Numbered from the stretch's first letter, positions 1 to 9,582 are shown. The stretch is DNA of 64,000 bases from a candidate division WS6 bacterium OLB20 (GCA_001567355.1 JYNZ01000002.1:135477-199476), one strand, 5' to 3'. Numbers and translations are program-made. Notes: generated by a model from the sequence alone, not told the origin.

Positions 1-212
1 TCGATTCAGACTTCATGAACGTGCTCAAACATACATATCTCGGCAAAAACGGCGAGCTGTGGCTTTCTGATGCGCTTAATAATCTGATATCCTCCAAACA
101 GGTGCTGGCAAGGATTCTGCCGGACGCGCTCTATCTTGATTGCGGCAATCCCGAGGACTATCTGGCATCACAGCTGATGTATGCCGAGCATATAAAAGAG
201 ATAAGTGAGTAA
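1..212 (+). CDS. galU: UTP-glucose-1-phosphate uridylyltransferase (GalU-like nucleotidyltransferase), C-terminal fragment; 5' end lies outside the window
   Basis: The ORF is open from the window edge. The tail GELWLSDALNNL...YLDCGNPEDYL matches the GalU C-terminus (GE.QLTDA...YDCG..GY). Confidence 0.5.
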   Translation, partial: DSDFMNVLKHTYLGKNGELWLSDALNNLISSKQVLARILPDALYLDCGNPEDYLASQLMYAEHIKEISE

Positions 213-235
213 CATAACCTATACGTAATAATAGT

Positions 236-618
236 ATGCAACAGGCTGCTGCGATCCTTGCAATTCTGATATTTCTCGGTCTGTCAGTATTTCAGCTTCT
301 GCTGGTGACCGGAATGCCGATCGGTGAGTTTGCCTGGGGCGGCAGCACAAAGTGCTGCCAAAACCGCTGCGGATAGGCAGTCTCGTCTCCATATTCATTT
401 ACCTGTTCTTTATTTCCATAATCATCGATACAGCAGGTCTGGCTGCTCTTTATCCTGCAGGATTTATCAGGTCCTCCGGGATCTGGCTTATCGCTGCTTT
501 TCTGGGCACTGGCCTGATCCCAAATGCAATTTCAAGAAGCAGAAAAGAGCGCTACACGATGACTCCACTCATCATTGTGCTGCTTGCTCTTGTTGCAGTC
601 GTCGGGTCAGGTCGGTAA
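236..618 (+). CDS. small hypothetical multi-TM membrane protein with an apparent frameshift near 350
   Basis: ATG at 236 gives MQQAAAILAILIFLGLSVFQLLLVTGMPIGEFAWGGSTK, then a stop. A hydrophobic ORF (352..618) continues in another frame. Confidence 0.3.
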
Positions 619-711
619 CAGGTACACACTGTTATTGCGTCCTGGCCATCGAATCCACAAGTTTCGACAATATGATATAATTGATATATCATAATCGTTA
701 CGCATAATTAA

Positions 712-1410
712 GTGGAACAACTTCACACACCCCACCCGACATTGCCCGGCTGCTTTGGTGACGGACGCGTCGGTCAGCTTGAGCATATGTTTACCAGAAG
801 ACAGAACGAGAATCTGCAAAAGCTTGGTGAGCTTAGTACCGTAGTATTAAATTCCGGACTTCGCGCAATTATTGACAGAAACCTTTTTCCGGAACACTTC
901 GGTTCGATTGACCAGGCTACCGGTCTTAAGCGAACTGTGCTCCTTGCAAGTGGCATGCAGAACATCAGTGCAGGTAATCTTGCCATCGTACCTTCGTGCA
1001 GAATCGGTCTTGCTATCGGAGAAGACGCTCCCTTCGCGTTTGGTCCGTTAACACATGATGAAGCAAACGTCGAATTGAGCCCGGACGGGATTCAGTTTAT
1101 GAATTTCAGTGTTGAAAAGGGTAAGAGAAAAGCAACAGGAACATTTCTGGGGGTTGTAGTAAATTCCTCCTACCCCCTGCTGAAGAAGTTGAAGCCCGCA
1201 TATGCAAGTAATGGCACAATGAGTCTGGAAATTACCCGACAGCGAGACATAGATCTCTTTCTTCAGGCGGCTGGTGAGTCAGCAGAAGCAGTCATAGCAG
1301 CAGAGAGAAATTTCAGAAACTATACCGAATCAGGAACTGCTCATGACATTCTTACTCCTGCACAAATCGGTACGGCACTGGACTGGGTACTCTGGGGCGA
1401 ACGGGAATAA
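712..1410 (+). CDS. hypothetical protein
   Basis: 232-aa ORF with no recognisable motif. It does not overlap better-supported genes. Confidence 0.3.
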   Translation: MEQLHTPHPTLPGCFGDGRVGQLEHMFTRRQNENLQKLGELSTVVLNSGLRAIIDRNLFPEHFGSIDQATGLKRTVLLASGMQNISAGNLAIVPSCRIGLAIGEDAPFAFGPLTHDEANVELSPDGIQFMNFSVEKGKRKATGTFLGVVVNSSYPLLKKLKPAYASNGTMSLEITRQRDIDLFLQAAGESAEAVIAAERNFRNYTESGTAHDILTPAQIGTALDWVLWGERE

Positions 1411-1465
1411 CAAGAAGTTCACTCAACCAGGTGTGTAGCAGTCTGATTATGACTTCATGGGATCC

Positions 1466-2509
1466 TTAAAATGACGCGGCTACATCAATCACGAACCTGT
1501 GAGACATTGCACCATCCTGCATTTTCTTCCAGGCCTCATTTATGTCCTGCATCCTGACTGTTTCGACCTCGGGGAGGATCTGATGCTCAGCGCTGAACTC
1601 CAGCATCTCGCGTACCTCCTTCATGCTGCCGATACCAGATCCTGCAATAGCTTTGCGGCCATCGATCAGATCACCGCCATGAAAGCCGGGCATCGGATTG
1701 ATTGGTCCGACAAGTACAATCGTGCTGTTGAGGTTAAGCAGGGCAAGGTAGGGATAAAGGTCGTGTTCGACAGGGATGGTATCAATGAGCAGGTCAAAAA
1801 AGCGTGAGTGGCGTTTCATCTCATCTTTGTCTGATGATACGATAACGCCGTCAGCTCCAAACTTCTTTGCGTCCTCTGCCTTCTGTGGCGATGAGGTTAT
1901 CACGTAGACTTCTGCTCCCATCGCTTTGGCGTATTTAACGCCCATATGTCCCAGGCCTCCAAGGCCGATTATTCCCACTTTTTTCCCGGGACCTGCGTTC
2001 CAGTGCCTGAGCGGCGAGTACATGGTGATTCCGGCGCACAGAAGCGGTGCAGCTTTTGAGATATCAAGGCTTTCGGGTACGTGAACCACAAACTTCTCCT
2101 GCGTGACGATCAGGTCAGAGTAACCGCCCTGGGTAGTTGTTCGATCAATCGGGTCCTTTGAACTGTATGTGTATGTCGGTCCGTTTTCGCAGTACTGTTC
2201 GTAATCAGATTTACATGCAGCGCAATCCTGGCAGCTGTTTACGATAACTCCAACGCCGACGGTGTCCCCGGGTTTGAAATCTGTTACACCTTCTCCCACA
2301 CGTGTAACCGTGCCCATGATCTCATGTCCCGGCACACAGGGATACTCAATTTCGCCCCAGTCTCCGCGGGCGGTATGGATGTCACTGTGGCAGATGCCCG
2401 AGTAGAGGATCCTGATCTCGACGTCGTGTTTACCCGGCTCGCGCCGTTCAAGCTCGTACAGATCAACTGGTGCATCAGGGGAGGTAACTGCGTAGGACTT
2501 GGCTTTCAT
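1466..2509 (-). CDS. Zn-dependent NAD(P)-dependent alcohol dehydrogenase (cinnamyl-alcohol dehydrogenase/YahK-like MDR family)
   Basis: It has the GICHSDIH and GHEIMGTV zinc-ligand motifs, CxxCxxC structural-zinc cysteines and a GLGGLGHMGVKYAKAMG Rossmann motif. Length is 347 aa. Confidence 0.9.
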   Translation of the reverse strand: MKAKSYAVTSPDAPVDLYELERREPGKHDVEIRILYSGICHSDIHTARGDWGEIEYPCVPGHEIMGTVTRVGEGVTDFKPGDTVGVGVIVNSCQDCAACKSDYEQYCENGPTYTYSSKDPIDRTTTQGGYSDLIVTQEKFVVHVPESLDISKAAPLLCAGITMYSPLRHWNAGPGKKVGIIGLGGLGHMGVKYAKAMGAEVYVITSSPQKAEDAKKFGADGVIVSSDKDEMKRHSRFFDLLIDTIPVEHDLYPYLALLNLNSTIVLVGPINPMPGFHGGDLIDGRKAIAGSGIGSMKEVREMLEFSAEHQILPEVETVRMQDINEAWKKMQDGAMSHRFVIDVAASF

Positions 2510-2608
2510 ATAGACGGGATAAGACGTTATGGGGGTATTATAGCAGAGTGGCGGAAGGAGGGCCCTGAAGTATTTTTAGTGACCACTCATAACTTTAGCG
2601 AAGAATGG

Positions 2609-2625
2609 TGACCCCGCGGAGAATC
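2609..2625. repeat. 17-bp direct duplication of the tRNA-Glu 3' end (tgaccccgcggagaatc), att-like remnant
   Basis: The 17-mer is identical to the 3' acceptor/T-arm segment of the tRNA at 2825-2841. It lies 200 bp away in the same orientation. Confidence 0.5.
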
Positions 2626-2824
2626 CCTGGCTGCGCCAGGATTAATTCGGGTAAGCTCCGCTGCGCCTTTCGTCTTGCTTCGCTAACCCCTCATTTAACA
2701 AACTCCCGCCTGACTTTCTATGCCAGTTAGGGTGATCGTTCACATATCTTGTGTTTGGTGTGTTTACATGCTGGAGCTGATCCCTAAAGGTCATAAAAAA
2801 AGCACCCTGACGGATGCATTTTTT

Positions 2825-2896
2825 ATGACCCCGCGGAGAATCGAACTCCGATTGCCGGGATGAAAACCCGGTGTCCTAACCGTTAGACGACGGGGC
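2825..2896 (-). tRNA. tRNA-Glu (anticodon UUC)
   Basis: The reverse complement folds as a 72-nt cloverleaf: a 7-bp acceptor stem (one G-U pair), a GTTCGATTC T-loop, and a CCGGG/CCCGG anticodon stem with loop TTTTCAT (anticodon TTC). No CCA is encoded. Confidence 0.8.
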
Positions 2897-3046
2897 CGCA
2901 TTTCAGTTATTAACCTCCGGATGCGAGAGAACCGGAACCGTTATCCGCCTTCGCTTACGCTCCGGCTGGACTAGGGCACTCTATGACTCCTTCGTCGTCA
3001 AGATTGCCTTGAGGACGACGGGGCCAAGGACATCTGCCTCACTGAG

Positions 3047-3630
3047 GTGAAGCATGGTAATTATAGCAAAGAGTTGGCTGTTACTGAAGATCGTGCAGCA
3101 GAAATAACACCCTCCTGGGCACTGCAATACCCCTGCCTTTGTGCTGATGGTACACTCGTGACAGTACTTATTATCACAGTGCCATGTTGGACAACATTAT
3201 CAGGTCGCTCAAAGCCCAATGGGTTGTCTGCAAAACCATATCAGACAGGCGTAGTGTGTTGTACGGTATCCGATTCAGCTACCCGCTTTATATAGTGATA
3301 GTTTTCCTGGGTACTGCTACCGAAAACCCGGTTATCCTTTTGATTGCTGCACTGATCGCGCTTGGTGGCAGACTGCTGCCCCTGCATCCTTTGGATTATG
3401 TCTACAATGCGTTTGTCCCTGCTCTGACTGGTGCTGCAAAGATACCCGGCAGAGGCTCTGAGCTTCAGGTCAGCAGTATGATTGCATTGCTGTTCATTTT
3501 TCTTACTATCACAATCAAAGTGCTGCAGATTCCGTTTAACTTCTCTGTTCTCGCAATCCTGTACGTGCTGAGCAGTGTGTTCTTTATAGTCAGGTTTCTT
3601 GCTGGGTCAGGTCCGCGGAATCGCCCGTAA
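3047..3630 (+). CDS. hypothetical membrane protein (two overlapping hydrophobic ORFs; possible frameshift near 3250)
   Basis: ORFs 3047..3295 and 3184..3630 are both hydrophobic and overlap in different frames. An A-run lies at the junction. Confidence 0.25.
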
Positions 3631-3730
3631 TGGCATTTATACCATTGAGGGTGTGCATGCTACACTGGGTTGATTAACCGGCTGATTAAGATTGCCAGTC
3701 CGGAACATTATCTTGGAAACACGTAATAAA

Positions 3731-4168
3731 ATGGCGGCAAAAACAGGCAGCGGATTTTCAGACGCGGAGCGTCAAGCGATGAAGGCTCGAGCTAAAGAGC
3801 TTGCAGCAGAGCAGCGTTCATCAAAAAAGAGAGAGGATGGAGAAAAAGCTGTCCGGAATGCGATAGCTGAGATGAAGGGAAGTGACAGGACAATGGCTAA
3901 ACGTATTCATGAGCTGGTGAGTGAGGTAGCGCCACATCTGTGGCCAAAGACATGGTATGGCATGCCAGCATACGCCAATAAAGACGGCAAGGTGATCTGC
4001 TTCTTTCAGGCTGCAGGCAAGTTTGAATCACGCTACGCATCATTTGGTTTTAATGATGTGGCAAAGTTAGATGACGGCAACATGTGGCCGGTTTCATTTG
4101 CACTCGTTAAGCTGACAAAAGCAGAAGAAAAACTGATCACAGACATGGTCCTCAAGGCTGTCAGCTGA
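3731..4168 (+). CDS. DUF1801 (YdhG-like) domain protein
   Basis: The WPKTWYGMPAY...GKVICFFQAAGKFESRYASFGF segment is typical of PF08818. The ATG at 3731 is preferred over the upstream TTG. Confidence 0.55.
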   Translation: MAAKTGSGFSDAERQAMKARAKELAAEQRSSKKREDGEKAVRNAIAEMKGSDRTMAKRIHELVSEVAPHLWPKTWYGMPAYANKDGKVICFFQAAGKFESRYASFGFNDVAKLDDGNMWPVSFALVKLTKAEEKLITDMVLKAVS

Positions 4169-4270
4169 ATCTCCGGATACCAAAGTCCTAGAGCAACGTA
4201 TATCGTTGCGTGGTGCCTGACAGGCAGCGGATTCTTATATATTTCCGTTATATCCCCTGTTTCGGGTATA

Positions 4271-5461
4271 ATGACAGAATGTCAGAACTCGAAAAGGTAT
4301 ATCAAAAAACTTCGCAGCAGGACAGATGTCAGTGATATGATCGCTTCTGGTGGTTATGCAGACGTATATGCAGGTACGCTGTATGACAGGCCGCAATCTC
4401 TGATCGAGAAAGCTGGACTGGGGGCGCTGTTTTCTGCACAGAGCAGACAGGCGCTTGCCGGAGTGATTATCAAGGAGTTGCGGCGTCTGACCGTTGACGA
4501 GACATTTCGCAGGAGCACACAGTTTGCAGTGTCGCGTAAAGAAAATGCAGCAGCAGGGCTCAGTGTACTGTGGACATTAAACAGGCTCGAAGAAGAGGCA
4601 CGTGCTCAGGGGACAAATCCTACCGAACGCAGACGTTTTGTCAGAGTATTAACAGCCAGCGATCTCACAGAAGATGAACAGCTGAAGCTGCCTGAGGATC
4701 TGCGCGGTTATCCTGCCATTGATATCGGGACACCACTGTACGAGCAGCCGTTTTATATGATGGAACAGATCAACGGTACAAATGCTGAGGATACACGCAA
4801 TGATCTGTCGATGGATGAGAAAAATTCTATAGCAGGGCAGATAGTTGATATGGCAGTGTTTCTGCAGGACTATGACATAGTTCATGGTGACTACAAGCTG
4901 TCCAACTTCATGCTAGAGAGGACTGATGATGGCTACCACGTCGTAATGATTGATCCTATCGACGAAATAGAGATTATTCAGCAGACATATACGGGCGCTG
5001 ATGGTGAAGAAAAAAAACGAAAGCTCAGAAGCCGCAGAAACATGCTTACCGGAACACACGGATACCTGACCCCAGAAGCTAGGTTCCGTCTCTTTCATTA
5101 CTCGGATGCCACACCTGCATATGTCCGGGCGATCGCAGAGCGTCTGCCAGGATTCACAGAAACAGAGACAACAGACTTTGCACTGATTGCTGACCGCTAT
5201 GCCATATTTGCCTCAATTTTCAGACTCTTTACCGGGGAATACGTGTCACCTGCACCCGACGGTGATGATCCAACCGGAGAGCGTACCCGTGATTTTCTGA
5301 TTGATGAGTACAGCTACAACGAGTGGCTGAACAGTAAACTGGCAGCTGCTGTCGGACTAGGCAAGTTGACGCAGCCTCAGGCTGAACTACTCTTTGCGGG
5401 ACTGCAGCACTCACGGTCAAAACGTGTGCCGCTCGAAGGGGCAAAGGCGATCTGGCAGTAA
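4271..5461 (+). CDS. eukaryotic-like Ser/Thr protein kinase family protein
   Basis: Kinase subdomains appear in order: a Gly-rich loop SGGYADVY, the VIIK lysine, a catalytic loop HGDYKLSNFML, a DFG-like MIDPID and an activation loop GTHGYLTPE. Confidence 0.65.
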   Translation: MTECQNSKRYIKKLRSRTDVSDMIASGGYADVYAGTLYDRPQSLIEKAGLGALFSAQSRQALAGVIIKELRRLTVDETFRRSTQFAVSRKENAAAGLSVLWTLNRLEEEARAQGTNPTERRRFVRVLTASDLTEDEQLKLPEDLRGYPAIDIGTPLYEQPFYMMEQINGTNAEDTRNDLSMDEKNSIAGQIVDMAVFLQDYDIVHGDYKLSNFMLERTDDGYHVVMIDPIDEIEIIQQTYTGADGEEKKRKLRSRRNMLTGTHGYLTPEARFRLFHYSDATPAYVRAIAERLPGFTETETTDFALIADRYAIFASIFRLFTGEYVSPAPDGDDPTGERTRDFLIDEYSYNEWLNSKLAAAVGLGKLTQPQAELLFAGLQHSRSKRVPLEGAKAIWQ

Positions 5462-5474
5462 ATCCGGTGCGGTG

Positions 5475-5957
5475 CTATTTCTGGCTCTTCAGTTTCTGCA
5501 GCTCTTCTTTAAGCTCAGCCATTTTCAGTTCACGACCGACCATCACCTTGTTAAGCTCTTCCAGCTCTTTCATTTTTACAGACAGGTCTTCTTCGGCCCG
5601 GACCTGAATATCAATATCCAGTACCGAGGCCAGCCAGCCAGGTGTGCCCTCAAATTGCACGGGTCTTAGACTCATCAGTGTCCAGTAGGGCTCTCCGTTT
5701 TTGCGCTTGAATCTGACACGGAAGTTGTCAACCTTGCCCTGATCCCGCGCAATTTCCAGAACCCTTGCTCTGTCAGCCGGCTCATAGTAGAGCTCAACGA
5801 CACTGGACAGACTGTCGATGTCGGCCCGTTCGTATCCTCCTGGTGCAAGCATTGCAGCATTGTAGATAAGCAACTTGCCTTCGAGAGAGGCAATGCCTAG
5901 TCCTACCGGGATCATGTCAAAAACAGTCTGGTAGGTGGAAAGATCAATTTGTGCCAT
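5475..5957 (-). CDS. PAS-domain sensor module ending in a signalling-helix coiled coil, with no output domain
   Basis: A PAS-like N-terminus (MIPVGLGIASLEGKLLIYN...) is followed by a C-terminal ELEELNKVMVGRELKMAELKEELQKL. This is nearly identical to the C-terminus of the 21070..21795 protein. Confidence 0.55.
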   Translation of the reverse strand: MAQIDLSTYQTVFDMIPVGLGIASLEGKLLIYNAAMLAPGGYERADIDSLSSVVELYYEPADRARVLEIARDQGKVDNFRVRFKRKNGEPYWTLMSLRPVQFEGTPGWLASVLDIDIQVRAEEDLSVKMKELEELNKVMVGRELKMAELKEELQKLKSQK

Positions 5958-6059
5958 AACGTCGGTTTAAACTGTTTCTGACACGATACCGCAAAATCGG
6001 GGGTGTGCCAAGATTCAGTTTACCTGGTCTGCATTACTGAGAAGCATATGCAGAGTCAG

Positions 6060-6275
6060 TCAGCCCTGCACGCTGTAACTGAACACATGATCAAGCGGTA
6101 CACCAAATACAGCTGCAATCTTAAACGCAAGTTCCAGTGAGGGTGAGTACCTGTTTTTTTCAATTGCAATGATGGTCTGCCGTGTGACCCCGACCTTGCT
6201 GGCCAGCTCTTCCTGTGTCATACCATCATGTGCAAAACGAAGCGATCGGATGTTGTTGCTTATACCTGCTGACAT
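6060..6275 (-). CDS. XRE-family helix-turn-helix transcriptional regulator (Cro/C1 type)
   Basis: A 71-aa protein with the HTH_3 signature [43 protein letters not shown]. Confidence 0.85.
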   Translation of the reverse strand: MSAGISNNIRSLRFAHDGMTQEELASKVGVTRQTIIAIEKNRYSPSLELAFKIAAVFGVPLDHVFSYSVQG

Positions 6276-6277
6276 AA

Positions 6278-6727
6278 TCAGTATCCTCTTCTGTAAAAGA
6301 ACATCTGAGAAAAAATCCCGAACAGCTCACTTGCCATGCCGGTAACAAGCAAGACGAGAAACAGTGTTGTGATGCCACCACCCGCCACAACCGCCAGCAG
6401 AGCAGCTGCAAAACCTGCAGCAAACAGAAAGTATGAGTTGCGGGTGCCTTTGAGTTCGATTATTCTGTCACGTTCATCAACAACAGCATCTACGTCTTCA
6501 CGCTGCGTAACTATTGCTGCTGCAATTGCAGCAAGAATATACATAATGATCTCGGCAACAATACGCAACGGAATCATCAGCAGGATTGCAGCTGCCCAGA
6601 AATGAAGCTCGTCCTGACCCGATGGCAGCTGTGTCTGATAGCGTCCGAGTATGTAAAACAGATAGGGGACCGAAACAAGTAATAGAGTGAACAACGAAAT
6701 GATGTTCTGACGTTCTTTCGTGAGCAT
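6278..6727 (-). CDS. small 4-TM membrane protein, DUF2178-like partner of the XRE regulator
   Basis: Four predicted TM helices. It is immediately upstream of and co-oriented with the HTH gene, with a 2-nt gap. Confidence 0.45.
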   Translation of the reverse strand: MLTKERQNIISLFTLLLVSVPYLFYILGRYQTQLPSGQDELHFWAAAILLMIPLRIVAEIIMYILAAIAAAIVTQREDVDAVVDERDRIIELKGTRNSYFLFAAGFAAALLAVVAGGGITTLFLVLLVTGMASELFGIFSQMFFYRRGY

Positions 6728-6980
6728 AGTAAGAGACTGACAAATATTATGTAGCTATTGTAAAAGATTCTTTACATTATGTCAAGTATTTCTTACATCA
6801 CTGCTGCAGTAAGCAAGCATACGTGCTGTTATCGTATCTGATGCCAATGGCAAGCCGGGGTACAGTGTATTCCTTGATATGATCAGGACGTTTCTGATCT
6901 TGAGAGTCTTGGCAATAGCTTATCTTTGCCAGCAGTCGTCTGAACTGTCTGATGAACCTGTGTCTCTACTTGCCTTGAAT

Positions 6981-8266
6981 TCAGGGATTGTCCTCAAGAA
7001 TTGATTTCTCAAGAGTGGTTTTCTTCTTCTTATGCATGGAGTCAGATATTCTTTGTGGCTCGCCCGCCAAGTACGAGATAGTTCGTCCAATCTGAGTGTG
7101 AATTCCAAGTACATAGCTCCACACGCCTGCCATCAGCAGCATACCGCCAAGAAGGATCAGATCGGCAGTCTCACCGAACAGAGCTGTATCCGGCAGCTCA
7201 GCGACTGATGATGGTGATGGCGTCGGAGGTGCTGTGGCATCGACTGCTTCATAGGCGATGGTGCACTGCGAGGTACACCACTGGCAGCTTGTGCCTGCAG
7301 CAGGATTGCAGGGCTGTCCGGTCGACAGTCCGCCATCGCACTGTTCTCCCGCATCAATGACACCGTCACCGCAGAAGGATGTCAGAGCAGGGCAATTGCA
7401 GCTTTCGGGCACCGTCTCAACCTCAACCTGGATGGTGATGGCAGGAACAGCACAGTCTATGCTTCTGTTGTCGTCACCGGTTGCAACAGTAGAGAATGTT
7501 ATCTCCGAACCGGAGGACAGTCTGCTGAAGATCTGATCCTGGATTTCATCCGAAAATGTTCCCAGTGAAAACGTGCCGCGCTGCTGCGAGATCGGCACCC
7601 TGCAGTCGCTGTTAAGGCACTTGTACTGATTGCTCTGGTTGTTGTTCGGTGTCCGGGTTCCGTTCATTGTATTCACACCATTGAATATCCTGAACGGTCC
7701 CTGCTGGGGATAGACATCGTACAATGCACGGTGGGATGCCAGCAGGATTATGTCGTTCATCGTAATCAGAAACGAGTCATCATATCTGAAAGTGGTATCA
7801 GGATTATTACGAATTGTCAGGTTGCTGAGCGAACAGATCCCCGCAGTGCTGACAGTTGTTGAAACAGTATTAAAGCCCTTGGCTCTGCCTGCAGCTTCTC
7901 CCCGTGACCAGTCACAAGATCCGGCTGGAGACGCAGGAATAACCACATCAACAGTCTCAATCAGGGGGGTACAGTCAACACTGTCAATGCGGCACAAACT
8001 GTTACAGCCGTCCCCGTTTGTCAGGTTGTTGTCATCGCACTGCTCGCCGAGTTCAACAGTTCCGTTGCCGCATACTGCAGCAGCTGTTGTCGGAGTCGCC
8101 GTCTGAGTTGTTGTTGCGATCGGGGTCGGGGTAAGCGTGGGTTCATCTGCACGCGTCTGGTCGGGGTTTACATTCGGCCGGTTAGCCAGTGCAAGTCCCG
8201 CTGCAATAGCGGCAATTCCGACAATAAACACCCCTATTGCCAGAAAGGGGACAGATGTTTTCTTCA
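6981..8266 (-). CDS. cell-surface protein with Myxococcus-type cysteine-rich repeats and a C-terminal LPDTA plus TM anchor
   Basis: An MKKTSVPFLAIGVFIVGIAAIAAG signal/anchor at the N-terminus. It has repeats CGNGTVELGEQCDDNNLTNGDGCNSLC and CGDGVIDAGEQCDGG, and a C-terminal LPDTA followed by a hydrophobic stretch and a KKKK tail. The start was chosen at the internal ATG (8266) to avoid overlapping the upstream gene. Confidence 0.55.
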
Positions 8267-8331
8267 TGATTACTAGAGAGGCTCTGATCAAGCATACAAG
8301 AACGAGCGCTTCAGCGAAAGAGCATACCCTT

Positions 8332-9369
8332 TCAGTACGTCCAGCCCGAAAGTCCAGAAGCAGAGAGTGTCGCACTGCGGTCGGCAAACGCGACAGTCAC
8401 CAGCTCAGCACTCGCAGAGCCGGATTCGCGGTATGCGATCTGTCTGCACAGTGCAAAGACAGTCCAGTCAAGTGCTGTAACATACGGATAATCATTCAAA
8501 AGTTTGAAAGCAGTTTCTGATGCAGGTCCACCGATAAATGCTCGCACGCTGCTGTGATCTGCTGCCGAAAGTGAATAAACTGCAGGGCAGGGGACATGCT
8601 TTTTCCAGTAGGATTCGCTCTGTTTGCGTGAATATTCTGACAGCTGCTTCGAACCAAGCGACCAGAACGTGACGCCACGTTCTTCTGTCAGTTCGATCAT
8701 GTCTGCTGGAACGCTTCCCCGGTAAACACTGCCAACCAGTGAGCTGAAGGGCAGAACTCTGGCAAAGTCATTCACAAACCCGTGTTTACCAGTGGCAGTG
8801 GTGACGGTCTTCAGTAAGAGCTGCTCTACTGATGTGACATCCTGTGTAAACTGCGGCATTGTCCAGAGGAGTCCGAGTGTCTGTTCAACGGAGACGACAC
8901 CTTCAATAGCAGAGCCGAGAAACGTGTCCTGCACCGGCTCGCCAAATGGGTGATTATCAATATGAGTCCTGAGCTGTTTGACGGCAAGCGGCTGAAAACT
9001 CTCATGCAGCCACGTATTAATATCATTGCCGGCATTCATCAGTGTCTGATTAAGATCCCCTGGTAAAAACGGGTGAGACACAACAGGCACACGATGGTGC
9101 ACGTCGCTTGAGATTGCGTTTAGACGGTAGTTGTTAACGCCGTCACGTTCCTCTGAAACTCCGTAGTAGTGAGTATTCTGTTCAAGCTCGTAATCCTGCT
9201 TCTTTCGCTCAGAAATGCTGCTTGCAGTGAGAGCAGTCAGCGGCAGAGTACCCTGCAGTGAAGCTGCTGCTGAAAGAACTGTGTAGGGGTAAACTGCACG
9301 AACCATTGCTGGCAGCATCGCATGTTTTTCGGACCGGGATTGTTGGATATAGCGCTCTTCTAGCGACAT
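8332..9369 (-). CDS. hypothetical protein (345 aa)
   Basis: A long ORF with ordinary composition and no recognised motif. Confidence 0.45.
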   Translation of the reverse strand: MSLEERYIQQSRSEKHAMLPAMVRAVYPYTVLSAAASLQGTLPLTALTASSISERKKQDYELEQNTHYYGVSEERDGVNNYRLNAISSDVHHRVPVVSHPFLPGDLNQTLMNAGNDINTWLHESFQPLAVKQLRTHIDNHPFGEPVQDTFLGSAIEGVVSVEQTLGLLWTMPQFTQDVTSVEQLLLKTVTTATGKHGFVNDFARVLPFSSLVGSVYRGSVPADMIELTEERGVTFWSLGSKQLSEYSRKQSESYWKKHVPCPAVYSLSAADHSSVRAFIGGPASETAFKLLNDYPYVTALDWTVFALCRQIAYRESGSASAELVTVAFADRSATLSASGLSGWTY

Positions 9370-9401
9370 ATATCCATTATATCACGTCTCGGCGCCCGAC
9401 A

Positions 9402-9582
9402 GATCAGCTCTAAAGTACAGGTCTAATCCACAACTTTAGTGGCAGAACTGTTATTGATCCGTAAAAAGATTGTTCAGATAACAGATATCTGCAGAATTTG
9501 ACGTGATCCTGGACGCTACACAGCAACTTTTCGAGCTTCTAACGCCAGAGCGCTACTTTAGACCTGTACTTTAGAGCTGATC
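9402..9582. repeat. MITE-like element: 26-bp perfect terminal inverted repeats (agatcagctctaaagtacaggtctaa) flanking a 129-bp core
   Basis: The left arm (9402-9427) and the reverse complement of the right arm (9557-9582) are identical over 26 nt. The core holds a nested 7-bp inverted repeat (ctgttat/ataacag) and lies in an intergenic spacer. Confidence 0.45.

Noticed and set aside
324-680. 118-aa ORF overlapping the hydrophobic 236-618 reading frames
   Set aside because: It has Cys/Arg-rich, low-complexity composition in the alternative frame of a better membrane-protein ORF, so it is likely a shadow ORF.
2897-2990. Possible second tRNA or structured RNA upstream of tRNA-Glu
   Set aside because: I could not fold a cloverleaf with acceptor, D and T arms; only short GC-rich hairpins are present.
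6728-6980. Candidate terminator hairpin (tggcaa...ttgcca) in the 6728-6980 spacer
   Set aside because: The stem is only 6 bp and no U-tract follows on the transcribed strand.
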